64,000 nt of DNA from Dehalococcoidia bacterium. GTDB taxonomy: Bacteria > Chloroflexota > Dehalococcoidia > UBA6926. How positions within the stretch are numbered: position 1 is the stretch's first letter; the number at the start of each line of letters is the position of its first letter. The notes beneath the pieces are model-generated. The model ran no database searches, was not told the origin of the DNA, and saw only the letters and a program-made list of their open reading frames with translations. Location: positions 2,318 to 66,317 of the forward strand of contig JBJKVP010000004.1 of assembly GCA_045562535.1 (NCBI GenBank), in the 5' to 3' direction. Both the position numbers and the translations under genes were made by a program. Of the stretch, positions 27,769 through 37,679 are shown piece by piece.

Positions 27769-28653
27769 TTATCTTTCGCTTTCAGGGTATACAACTACGT
27801 GATTTTCTTCCATTACAAGCCGCGCTCGCCCTTTTATTCTAAGGTTGTCCACATATTCTCTAGGCAGCTGCAGTCGCCCGCTACTATCAACAAGAATGAA
27901 CTCACTTATATTAGCTGATCCATCTCCCGGGCGCCTGAAATCAGGTAATGAAACTATCTCTGCACTTGCTCTTCCATCTCTTACAACCACAACTCTATCA
28001 ACACGAGTCGATACAGCCTCATCATGAGTGACAATAATTATAGTAGTTTGATAGATATCTCTAAGGTTCTTGAATATGTCCAGTATCTCGTTAGCGGTTT
28101 CTGAATCCAACTCTCCGGTTGGTTCATCAGCAAGGAGTAATTCAGGTTCATTAGACAAAGCGATCGCTATAGCAACTCTCTGTTGCTCACCTCCGGATAA
28201 TTGATTCGGTTTATGATTCAACCGATGTGACAAGCCAACTGCTTCCAATAATTCTTTCGCCCTTTCGATTCTATAGTTGGTCTTAAATCCAGCTAATATC
28301 ATAGGTAATTCCACATTTTCCAAAGCTGTCAAATAAGGAACTAGATTTCGAGCTGTTTGCTGCCACACAAATCCTACATTATGCAATCTGTAATCTTCAG
28401 CTTCTTTAGCACTAATATGCAATAGATTTCTTTCACCAACTCTAATTTCACCAGCAGAAGGCTTATCATATCCAGCAAGTATGTTCAAAAAAGTAGACTT
28501 ACCACTACCACTAGCTCCTACAATACCAATCATCTCTCCAGCCATAACGTCTAAATCTAAACCCCTCAAGGCTACTACTTCTAAATCTTGAGCTTTATAT
28601 ATTTTGAATAGATCTAAACAACTTATATAAGGAACATTATTTTGATTAGTCAT
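27769..28653 (-). CDS. ABC transporter ATP-binding protein with a ~58-aa C-terminal extension, ATPase 1
   Basis: GASGSGKST, LSGGEQQR, LLADEPTGELD, followed by the extra tail ...SEFILVDSSGRLQLPREYVDNLRIKGRARLVMEENHVVVYP. Confidence 0.85.
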   Translation of the reverse strand: MTNQNNVPYISCLDLFKIYKAQDLEVVALRGLDLDVMAGEMIGIVGASGSGKSTFLNILAGYDKPSAGEIRVGERNLLHISAKEAEDYRLHNVGFVWQQTARNLVPYLTALENVELPMILAGFKTNYRIERAKELLEAVGLSHRLNHKPNQLSGGEQQRVAIAIALSNEPELLLADEPTGELDSETANEILDIFKNLRDIYQTTIIIVTHDEAVSTRVDRVVVVRDGRASAEIVSLPDFRRPGDGSANISEFILVDSSGRLQLPREYVDNLRIKGRARLVMEENHVVVYPESER

Positions 28654-28659
28654 AATTAC

Positions 28660-31600
28660 TTAATCTTCTCCTATCCTTAATGCCTGACCAATAGCCAGTT
28701 TGTTATAGATCTTAACCACTGCCAGAGTGCAAATTACAAAAACTATTACCATTAATGAATACACTAATCCTAGTGCTTCCCAGTTGATCTCCAGAACAAA
28801 AGGTGGTTGCACTGAAATACCAGTTTCTGTTCGGTCCAAAAAAGGCATAAGAAGTGAACCTGTTCTTTGCCCAATAAAAAATCCAGCTAAAATACCGATA
28901 AGCATCACTACTATGTGTTCAAACCATACCACTAATCTTATCTGTGCCCCAGTTAAACCCATGGTCCTAAGTAAAGCAAATTGATTACGCCTTTCCCCAA
29001 CAATCAATATCGCGTGGGAAATATAACCAACAATCCCCAGAAATAATACACTCAAATATGACACCATTAGAATAGTTTTCCAACCAGCTGCAACAAGCGG
29101 ATCTGCCTTAGATTGTGAAAGTAAATTTTCCCTACTAATATACCTATTAGTTCCAGCAATTTCAGTCAATTGAATAAACGAACCTTCACTAAGAGGTTCA
29201 TCGCCAACAACGGTCCATATTTCGTTCGCTTGTACCTCATCAGATTGCCCAACAAGATTTTGCTGGCGAACAATATCATCTAAATTTACTACTATGAATC
29301 CACCCTGACCCACTGGATCCAGGGTTGGAAAATGGTCAACTGTCCCAACTATCTTTCCTGTCGCACGAGCAGTTCCAAGAGCAAGTATTATTGTATCGCC
29401 GACATCCTGATTTAAAGATCTAAGTAAGGGTGGGCTTACCAACATAGGTATCTTGTATTCAATAGGTCCATAATAAATTCCTCTTTGAACAAAACCGCTA
29501 CTTGCACCCCAGGTAAAAAGTGCCCTCTGAGATTGACTGTTTGAATCGTAGGTAACAAATTTTAGAGAATCACTCCTAGTCATAATCCCTAAGTCTAAAA
29601 TATTCCAATCAGTATTTTCATTAAATTGGTATACTTCAAACCATTCAGGGGATTGCGGTGACTTAGTATTGATTGAATTAATATAAAATGCACCTTTTTC
29701 CATACCGCTAGAGCGAGATCTTTGGATAATTTGAATCGACAATAACGTAAATGGTGCCTGTGGCTGTAATACTTGAGTGGTCCGCCCACCCCATCCTCTT
29801 CTAGAAATTGGCTTGATTTCCGTTTCCAAAAAATGCAGCCCTTCTTGCTCAAGGTTCCCAAAATATATGGAGAAGTACCTCCCATTACCATCCATCATGA
29901 CTCCCACCAAAGAAGATCTTGGGCTCGTTTGCACAGGTTCTATCCAAACGCCGATCTTGTCGGAATTCTCTGGTAAAGTTAGTCCATAAGATTGATTTAA
30001 ATCTGGTTCAATCGAACTCATTAATTCTTCAAGACTATTGTTAGCAAAATCATCTCTCCACCAAGAAATCTTTGAAAATTGGCTGGGGTCAACTCCAAGC
30101 AGTTCATAGCGCAGATTAGGAGATCCACCACCAGAAAAAGAACCTTCTTGACGCAATACAGGTGATGCTGCTTTAACACCTTCGACTTGCTCTATAGCAT
30201 TTTTAAAATCAATGCTTGGGCCTGTTCCAGCTAAATTAGCCCCTATGAATCGCGTCTGTGTACCAGCCGAATATAAAGCTCTTTCCTCATAACTCCGATC
30301 CAAAGTACCTCCAAAATTCGCAGAAAAAGCTCCTAGACCTGAAGCAAGAACCAAAAGCAAAATTAAACGCGTTATGTTTTGAGGGTTTCTACTAATCTGC
30401 CATAGCCCGAGCGCTAACCAAACTGTAGAAACGGGTATTATAATCTTTGCAACTATTGCTGTAACATACGGAATTAATCTAAGTAGAAGTAAAGATGCTG
30501 ACACCAAAAACAGAACCGGAACGAACAAAAGAACCAAATTTACAGAGTTCCCTTCTGCAAAAACATCTGATACTAGCGAGCCTTGTTGATTCAGTTGCGC
30601 TATAAAGAAAAACGTCATTACAGCTAATACAACATCAATATACCATCTCTGGATAAATGATTTAGTAGCAGGCCTGACATCGTTAACCCTTTGTTCCAAA
30701 GGATTAGTATCTTCAGATGCCAATGCGGGAAGCATAAGAACTACAAATGAAACAAATGCGCCAATACCTCCATAAATAAATGACTCCGCAGATATATTAG
30801 TAGGAAGTGCCCCACTTCTACCCAATCCCGAGAAAAAAGGCAAGTACCCTGTGCTGCTTATAGCCACATTTGCAACAAAAGGACCTGCAAAAAAGGATAT
30901 TCCTCCGATTAAAAATGCCTGCGTGGAATTAATTAGTAATAGATGCCGTTTAGTAGCACCTCTGCTCATCAACAGAGCTCCATCAGATCTTTGTCTTCTG
31001 TTTATTAGCATGGCTAAAAATAAAACAGCATACAAAACCATACCGGTTACTAAAAGTAAAACAACTGTTAACGGTATCTGTAAAAACCGAAGTTTAGAAT
31101 CATATGTGGAGAGGAGTTCAACTAAACGTGTATCCTGTCTGTACGAAGACAAGGAAGTTCTAAGTCCACTATTTAAAGATTTAATAGACTCGATAGTACT
31201 TAAAGACGAATCTGCAGTTATATCATTCACTTCTAAACGGTAATCGGCAAAATGGAAACCTTGCATGTCTCGGAAAATAGCACCTAGAACATCGACCATA
31301 ATTACTTCATCCACTAAAACTGGAAGCGTGTTAAGTAATGTTGGCTGTCCCACCAAACGGTTAAGTGAAGGGTGTTCCCAGTTGGTATTCCCACTTCGAA
31401 CTTCGCTTACAATGCCCGTAACCTTTACATGCACTCTATCGGCTCGGTCTTCCCAAAATGGCCGAAAGACCATAATGTCACCTTCACGTATATTCAAAAA
31501 ATCTGCATTACTCTGCAATATCACTCCTTCTACGAGTAAACTTCCATCTGACGCAATCAAAGCTCGAGGCTCAGGAATATGCCCCTTTAGCAACTCAAAT

Positions 31601-32013
31601 CGGCTATCAAATTCATCAATAAAATGAAATGACCCCCTGTACGCAAGTTCCATATTTTGGGTTAATTCACCTTCTCGATCGACAAGAAAAGTGGATGTCC
31701 TTACGTGCCTAACTCGTTGTTCAGAGATCTCACCAATTTTTTGTGAAACCGAACTATTTAAACGGTTGATATCGCTATCATAAGTTCGAGCGTCCATACC
31801 AACAGACTCAAAATTAACTGTAAGATTTAGCGATTCCCTGTCAGCTTTATCTATTGCGAATTCGAGACCCAAATTCCTAAGTGTCTCAGAATATATCGAG
31901 ATGCTTGCAGTTGTAGAAGAAGCTAAGATCGTACCAATCAAAACTGGAATAAATAACGGCGCATAAGCTGCTAATCTACGAATAATCAAATGGAACAATT
32001 GGTTTGTGAACAT
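28660..32013 (-). CDS. giant FtsX-family ABC permease B (1117 aa, two FtsX modules, two large extracytoplasmic domains)
   Basis: An N-terminal TM segment, a ~280-aa loop, a TM cluster (LLMSRGATKRHL... FtsX-like), a second ~400-aa loop, and a C-terminal FtsX module (LLRTMGLTGAQIR...). Confidence 0.75.
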   Translation of the reverse strand: MFTNQLFHLIIRRLAAYAPLFIPVLIGTILASSTTASISIYSETLRNLGLEFAIDKADRESLNLTVNFESVGMDARTYDSDINRLNSSVSQKIGEISEQRVRHVRTSTFLVDREGELTQNMELAYRGSFHFIDEFDSRFELLKGHIPEPRALIASDGSLLVEGVILQSNADFLNIREGDIMVFRPFWEDRADRVHVKVTGIVSEVRSGNTNWEHPSLNRLVGQPTLLNTLPVLVDEVIMVDVLGAIFRDMQGFHFADYRLEVNDITADSSLSTIESIKSLNSGLRTSLSSYRQDTRLVELLSTYDSKLRFLQIPLTVVLLLVTGMVLYAVLFLAMLINRRQRSDGALLMSRGATKRHLLLINSTQAFLIGGISFFAGPFVANVAISSTGYLPFFSGLGRSGALPTNISAESFIYGGIGAFVSFVVLMLPALASEDTNPLEQRVNDVRPATKSFIQRWYIDVVLAVMTFFFIAQLNQQGSLVSDVFAEGNSVNLVLLFVPVLFLVSASLLLLRLIPYVTAIVAKIIIPVSTVWLALGLWQISRNPQNITRLILLLVLASGLGAFSANFGGTLDRSYEERALYSAGTQTRFIGANLAGTGPSIDFKNAIEQVEGVKAASPVLRQEGSFSGGGSPNLRYELLGVDPSQFSKISWWRDDFANNSLEELMSSIEPDLNQSYGLTLPENSDKIGVWIEPVQTSPRSSLVGVMMDGNGRYFSIYFGNLEQEGLHFLETEIKPISRRGWGGRTTQVLQPQAPFTLLSIQIIQRSRSSGMEKGAFYINSINTKSPQSPEWFEVYQFNENTDWNILDLGIMTRSDSLKFVTYDSNSQSQRALFTWGASSGFVQRGIYYGPIEYKIPMLVSPPLLRSLNQDVGDTIILALGTARATGKIVGTVDHFPTLDPVGQGGFIVVNLDDIVRQQNLVGQSDEVQANEIWTVVGDEPLSEGSFIQLTEIAGTNRYISRENLLSQSKADPLVAAGWKTILMVSYLSVLFLGIVGYISHAILIVGERRNQFALLRTMGLTGAQIRLVVWFEHIVVMLIGILAGFFIGQRTGSLLMPFLDRTETGISVQPPFVLEINWEALGLVYSLMVIVFVICTLAVVKIYNKLAIGQALRIGED

Positions 32014-35000
32014 TTAAACCTCGTTATCCGATCTAATTATAGTTGCGACAGAAAGTCGATTTTGAGCTACCAAGACCGAAACCACAAAAACTATTACGGA
32101 AGCGATAATAGCGCAACAAAAAATAAGTAAAAGAGGGAGATCAACACTCAAAGAATAATACGGAGATGCTCCTTTTATAGAAAGATTATTAAACCTAGGT
32201 ACCAGAATTTGACTCAAAAATAAACCTGTACCAAGTCCTAAAGGTAAAGACACTATAATTGTTGAAAAGTATCCTAACGACAAGCTTATATTGCTTGCAA
32301 CAACTCCCAATCCTAAGGCTTTCAAAATTGCTATTTCTCTTGTGCTCTTCTTAATGATATACAGTAAATACGAACCAATCCCAAGGCCAAGTAATAAGAG
32401 CGTATAGCTAGCTGCTAGAAGTGCTGCTCCCTTCCATCCAGCGGCTTCTAAGGGGTTCTTATCGCTGCTCTCCATTATTGTAGATTTATCGATTATAGTT
32501 CCAGCCAATTTAGGTTTATCAGATAAATAATTTACCAAGTCCATTGTTTCAGCTTGCTCAGAGAAACGAAGCATTACCTCATTAGGCCATACATATGGGC
32601 CAATATTAGTAACGTTTAGGTGTTCTAGTAAATTCTCTCCATCCATCACCAGAAATCCCACTGGGTTCGGATTCAGTGTAGGAAATTTATCTATATTCCC
32701 AACTATTCTTATTGGAACTAGTCGACCAGAAATATATATACTTGTTATATCCCCAACTTCTATGCCTTTAAGAGAGAGAAATTGCTCATCAGCTAACGTA
32801 GGTACACGGTCAAATTTAGGGGTTACATAAATACCTCGCAATCCTTGGGCAGTTTCTCTGCCCCATTCGAAACGAAGTACTTCTCCTCTATTACTATCAA
32901 CTACTCCATTTACAGAATCAGATCTTGTACCGGTAACCAACACTGGTAACCAATCTCCAGCTATGTCAAAATTATCAATCTCCAGAGTCTCTAATTCTGT
33001 TGTAGTTCCAGTTAAATCATCTATTAGAATTGAACCTGGAGAACCACTCGATCCAAATGCATTCTCGTAAATAAGAATAGATTTTACTCTATATGGGCCC
33101 GGAGGAGCTGGCTGATTACCTCTAGCAAGATCAACGGTTAATTGTTTCCAATCAAAAAAGTTAAGTGAACCCATACTATATATATAACTAGCCCCTTCAG
33201 AATCCATTATGTGAAGCCATAAAAAACGATTCCCCTTACCATATTCTGGTTTAACCCATAATGATATCGAAGAGCTGTCTTTTGAAATAATTCGTGGTGC
33301 TACCGAACTTGAAGAAGCAAAAGCTAATTTATTTATACCTTCGTTTAAATCACCAATTTCAACGGAATTAGTGACCAAAGTATCTCCTATAGTCGCCACA
33401 TCCACCCCAAGTAATGGTACGAGAGTTCCAGTCTGTATCGAACCAATACCTCCTACCGATCGATAGGCTGCTGTCGCCCTATTTATACTTTTTTCGGTTG
33501 TAAAAACACTCTCTAATTCAGAAAACGACATAGAATCAAAACCACCAGGCCTTGCAATTTTCGCATCAGCTCCAGTGCTAAAATAAGCAGCTTCTTCCTG
33601 GCTTTGTTCGAGAGTGCCCCCAAAACTAGCAAGAAAAGCGCCCACTGATGAGACCAGTAACACTAGACCTCCTAAGAGCAACGCGTCAGCTGGAAATCTT
33701 GCTATTCGGTCAATTGCTAACTTAGTCGATAACAAATTGGTTTTTGAAATACCATACGCAACTAATGAAGCTAATATAGGAAACAGTCTGTAAAAACCAA
33801 AAACTATCACAACGACTACAATGATAGGCATAAGTAGAACGATATTTTCAAAATCGGAAAGGTTTTGGGCGTTATCAATCGAGCGTTGTCCTACATCTGA
33901 TTTATTATCCAAAAATTGAAAAAGCACAATACCAGCAAGAATCAAAAACCAAGCATCGATAAAATATTTTTGCCACCAGAATGGCTTTGGGCGATATTGA
34001 TCTGCAGAGTCTACTATTATTTCTTTAGATCTCATTGCCATGAGAGTAGGAAACACGATAAATAATAGGGAAAGAATTAACCCTCCAACAACCCAAGGGT
34101 AAATCGATAGAATCTTTAATTCCGTTATATTATCAAGCCCTGGGCTATTGGCCCATACAGGAGTAACACTAAGAATCTTAATAATGCTGTAAGAAATTAT
34201 AGGTGCAAGGATTAAACCTAAAATGACAATTATGAAAATTGAAGCAAAAACATTCGTTGTAATATTACGTAAGTTAGCACCTCTGCTTCGTAGCAGAATA
34301 ATCTGATTCAAGTAGACATCTTTGAGTACTAACCCGAGCATAAAGAAAATATATAACGATATTATTGAGGATAAGCTAAAAACAATGGTCAATGGAATAG
34401 ATGATCGTGTTAATTGTTGCTGGAACTTTTCTACGTTGCCTTGAATACCCAAAAATAGATCCCCACTAGGAAAAGATTCATTTAGATTAGTTGAGAAATC
34501 TGCAACAATTTTTTGCGTTTCATCCGCTCCTAATTCAATTAATTTATAATTATCTAAATAGATAATATCTTTAGTAGTCCCCAATAAAGAATGGTCTGCA
34601 CTTAATCTGAAAAACGTGTCTTGACTCACAAATAATCTTAAAAGCCACCTATCTCCCTGCAACTGAGTATCAAAATATTCTGTTCCTTGACCTGCCCAAT
34701 ACTGCTCTTCAATATCCGTGGGTTCAATTATTGCTGTAATGTTCGCAGTAATTATCGAAGGGGCATTTCCAGAAAATGCTGCTATTTCTATGATATCGCC
34801 TGCCGCAATATCCAATTTATCTGCTGCGAGTCCACCAATCGCTACTTGGATTTGATCTGCCACACCAGGAGGGTCATTTGTATCGGCATCCTTATATTGA
34901 GGAAGTTTACCACTAACAATTGTTATATATTCATCGTAACCAGACTGGAATTGAAAAAATGCCACTGAGTCCACGCCTGGCCTTTTTAACATTTTTGCTG

Positions 35001-35316
35001 AGGATCTTGGCGTTATGGCATAAACTTCGTTACTGATAAATGATTCTTTGAAGGCATTTCTAGCGGTCGCACTGATAATGCCTCGATCTTCCTCGTACGC
35101 ATCTTCGGAAAGTGGAGCAAAGGAAGTCACAACTTGAGGGTGTAAATTGTTCCCCAGCGCACTAAGGGAATTCGCAAAAGCAGCCTTTTCAACAGTATTT
35201 AAATATAGCGGGGCAACACAAAAATATATTGCACCTAAGATGATCGCTAAAGAAGTTATAATAAAAAACGAAAGGCTAGCTCTAACTTGCTTCCAAGGCA
35301 TGAAAGTAGAAATCAA
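32014..35316 (-). CDS. giant FtsX-family ABC permease A (1100 aa, same architecture as permease B)
   Basis: Contains LLRSRGANLRNI and ILKALGLGVVAS FtsX-type segments. Its stop abuts the permease B start. A GAGGGG RBS lies before TTG 35316. Confidence 0.75.
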   Translation of the reverse strand: MISTFMPWKQVRASLSFFIITSLAIILGAIYFCVAPLYLNTVEKAAFANSLSALGNNLHPQVVTSFAPLSEDAYEEDRGIISATARNAFKESFISNEVYAITPRSSAKMLKRPGVDSVAFFQFQSGYDEYITIVSGKLPQYKDADTNDPPGVADQIQVAIGGLAADKLDIAAGDIIEIAAFSGNAPSIITANITAIIEPTDIEEQYWAGQGTEYFDTQLQGDRWLLRLFVSQDTFFRLSADHSLLGTTKDIIYLDNYKLIELGADETQKIVADFSTNLNESFPSGDLFLGIQGNVEKFQQQLTRSSIPLTIVFSLSSIISLYIFFMLGLVLKDVYLNQIILLRSRGANLRNITTNVFASIFIIVILGLILAPIISYSIIKILSVTPVWANSPGLDNITELKILSIYPWVVGGLILSLLFIVFPTLMAMRSKEIIVDSADQYRPKPFWWQKYFIDAWFLILAGIVLFQFLDNKSDVGQRSIDNAQNLSDFENIVLLMPIIVVVVIVFGFYRLFPILASLVAYGISKTNLLSTKLAIDRIARFPADALLLGGLVLLVSSVGAFLASFGGTLEQSQEEAAYFSTGADAKIARPGGFDSMSFSELESVFTTEKSINRATAAYRSVGGIGSIQTGTLVPLLGVDVATIGDTLVTNSVEIGDLNEGINKLAFASSSSVAPRIISKDSSSISLWVKPEYGKGNRFLWLHIMDSEGASYIYSMGSLNFFDWKQLTVDLARGNQPAPPGPYRVKSILIYENAFGSSGSPGSILIDDLTGTTTELETLEIDNFDIAGDWLPVLVTGTRSDSVNGVVDSNRGEVLRFEWGRETAQGLRGIYVTPKFDRVPTLADEQFLSLKGIEVGDITSIYISGRLVPIRIVGNIDKFPTLNPNPVGFLVMDGENLLEHLNVTNIGPYVWPNEVMLRFSEQAETMDLVNYLSDKPKLAGTIIDKSTIMESSDKNPLEAAGWKGAALLAASYTLLLLGLGIGSYLLYIIKKSTREIAILKALGLGVVASNISLSLGYFSTIIVSLPLGLGTGLFLSQILVPRFNNLSIKGASPYYSLSVDLPLLLIFCCAIIASVIVFVVSVLVAQNRLSVATIIRSDNEV

Positions 35317-35369
35317 TAAAGGGCCCCTCTATTCTCAATATTCACAATTTTTACTATACTACCATTAGG

Positions 35370-36167
35370 GTGAACAGTATGCTTAAACACGAACAACCAC
35401 ACCTGGTTGACTGTCATACTCACTTAGATCAATATTCACCTGAGGATATTGAGGCAATAATTGAGCGAAGCAAGAAACAAGGTGTTTCGGCAATTATTTC
35501 TGCCGGAGTCAATTTAGCATCTTCCAAAGAAAATAGAAAGTTGGCCATAAAATACCCAAATTATATTTGGGCAGGGGTCGGTATCCACCCAATGGAAATA
35601 GACGGTACGGTGGATACTCCATTGCTGGATGAGCTACTCGGTTTGGCAAAACAAAAAGAGGTTTTGTGTATTAGTGAGATTGGCTTAGATTATGAAGCCG
35701 CATCAGCACAGAAAACATTACAAAAAGAGGTTTTCTCTCAGCAAATCCAAATAGCGCTAGAAGTAAATAAGCCCATTGTTTTCCACAACAGAGGTGCTTC
35801 AAACGACCCCATTGAGATCTTACATAGTCAAACTACAGAAGCAATTGAAATTGTTGCTCACTACTTTCAGGGAACAGCAGAATATACATACGCATGTTTA
35901 GATAACGGAATGTACCTTTCAATAGCCAAGACTTTACTAAGAATGCCAGATTTACAAGCACTAGTTAAAAACGATATTCCATTAGAACAAATCGTGCTTG
36001 AGACTGACTCTTATCCTCAACCGTTCAAAAAAAAGCGGTCTTCCTGGACCGAACCTTGGGAGATAGGAAAAATTGCGGCAAAAATCGCAGATTTAAAAGA
36101 CATAGACGTAAAAGAAGTTGAGTATATAACAAATAGAAATGCTAATAAAATATTTGGCTTGAATTGA
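35370..36167 (+). CDS. TatD-family metal-dependent hydrolase
   Basis: VDCHTHL, GVGIHP, ISEIGLDY, VFHNR, ETDSYP metal-ligand motifs. Confidence 0.85.
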   Translation: MNSMLKHEQPHLVDCHTHLDQYSPEDIEAIIERSKKQGVSAIISAGVNLASSKENRKLAIKYPNYIWAGVGIHPMEIDGTVDTPLLDELLGLAKQKEVLCISEIGLDYEAASAQKTLQKEVFSQQIQIALEVNKPIVFHNRGASNDPIEILHSQTTEAIEIVAHYFQGTAEYTYACLDNGMYLSIAKTLLRMPDLQALVKNDIPLEQIVLETDSYPQPFKKKRSSWTEPWEIGKIAAKIADLKDIDVKEVEYITNRNANKIFGLN

Positions 36168-36212
36168 ATAGAGGTGTACATTTAGTGTACATGAGGTAGA
36201 AGGAGAGGGAAT

Positions 36213-37274
36213 ATGGAACCGCGACCAAATGCAACAGCACTACCAATCAAATGGGATCAAAAGAATCGGGCCAAGCTAGATTTTATTCAAGCATTCATAT
36301 CAAGACCTGGAATGATGTTAAGGCCGATCACCGACGCGCACTATGAAGGAAAAGCTCCTGAAGAAAATGGGAATAACACGGCAACACCCGAATCCATATC
36401 TGAGATTATGGACGGAGAACCTCTCGTACAATATTTACGATTCCTAAGACGAAAAAGCCAAGATATGAAATGGGTTGCTTTAACTAAATTTATGCAGCAA
36501 CACGAATCTGATATCTCAAAATGGTTGGGCGACCAGGACGACAAATATGGGAAATTAGTTCTTGATTCTTCAATGGAAATGCCCGACTACTACTCAACCG
36601 GATTTCACCATCAACCTGGTGGTTTCGCTGATAATGAATTTTCCGGCTTAATGTATGATGTCGGACTAGATATTTCATTCGCAACAATAAGCCCGGGTGG
36701 AGTTGCAGATTTAGTTCCGGATAATAAATATGAGCGTATCCTAGATCTAGGATGCGGAAGCGGCCGTAGTACAGAACCTTTCAAAGCAAGGTTTACAGAA
36801 TCAGAGGTGATGGGTATTGATCCGTCTGAACCTCTATTGAGAACCGCTGTAAAACGAGCAAAACAAAAGAACCTAGTCATCGACTATTATCAAGGTATAG
36901 CGGAATCGACTCCTTTTCCAGATAACCATTTTGACCTATTAACAGCTACCATATTATTTCATGAGGTATCTGACAACGGAGCACTAGAAATACTAAAAGA
37001 ATCACGCAGGATTTTGAAGCCAGGAGGGATTTTGGTAATTGGCGACTTGCTCCCATATTCTGAATCGACAGCTTACGACAGATGGTACGATGAGTGGCAG
37101 GTAGTGCACAATAACGAGCCGTTTTTTGCGGATGCAAAAACTAGGGATATGAATAGCCTTGGTAAATCCGCTGGTTTCGGAAAAGTAGAAGAAGATTTCA
37201 GAGGTAAACCATCATTTTTTGGAGATCGAAAACGGGTACCAGGAATGCCCTATATAGTAACAGCAACAAAATAG
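36213..37274 (+). CDS. class I SAM-dependent methyltransferase with a ~170-aa N-terminal extension
   Basis: ILDLGCGSGRST motif I and ILKPGGILVIGD post-II/III motifs. Confidence 0.7.
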   Translation: MEPRPNATALPIKWDQKNRAKLDFIQAFISRPGMMLRPITDAHYEGKAPEENGNNTATPESISEIMDGEPLVQYLRFLRRKSQDMKWVALTKFMQQHESDISKWLGDQDDKYGKLVLDSSMEMPDYYSTGFHHQPGGFADNEFSGLMYDVGLDISFATISPGGVADLVPDNKYERILDLGCGSGRSTEPFKARFTESEVMGIDPSEPLLRTAVKRAKQKNLVIDYYQGIAESTPFPDNHFDLLTATILFHEVSDNGALEILKESRRILKPGGILVIGDLLPYSESTAYDRWYDEWQVVHNNEPFFADAKTRDMNSLGKSAGFGKVEEDFRGKPSFFGDRKRVPGMPYIVTATK

Positions 37275-37325
37275 TAAATTTAATGATTTTGATAACTTAA
37301 TATCGGGTTTATAAAGGAGAAGTCA

Positions 37326-37634
37326 TTGTCTGAATTAAGAGAAAATAGACCAGAAGGTTGGGGAATTGTTGGTAATTGGCAACAATATTTTGATGACCCT
37401 GCTTTAGACAGGCTTGCTGAAATAACAATGGACCTAGCAGCGACTACTTGGACTTTACTTGACCGACAAAAAATTACGGAATGGATCCTTGAGGAAAAAG
37501 GCTACCTCAAAAATGCAGAAATCGACACATTCCAACCTAGCGAAGAACAAGAAAAGGAACTTACTGAAGCAAGGAATCAGTTTATTTCAGATATTCTTAA
37601 CGGTTTAACCAGGTCAGCAAATTCAGAACAATAA
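37326..37634 (+). CDS. hypothetical protein
   Basis: 102-aa ORF with a TTG start after an AAGGAGA RBS. I recognise no family. Confidence 0.4.
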   Translation: MSELRENRPEGWGIVGNWQQYFDDPALDRLAEITMDLAATTWTLLDRQKITEWILEEKGYLKNAEIDTFQPSEEQEKELTEARNQFISDILNGLTRSANSEQ

Positions 37635-37679
37635 TTGCCCTCCGGAAAACAGTGACTCTCTTCTTCTAAAGAACTGAAC

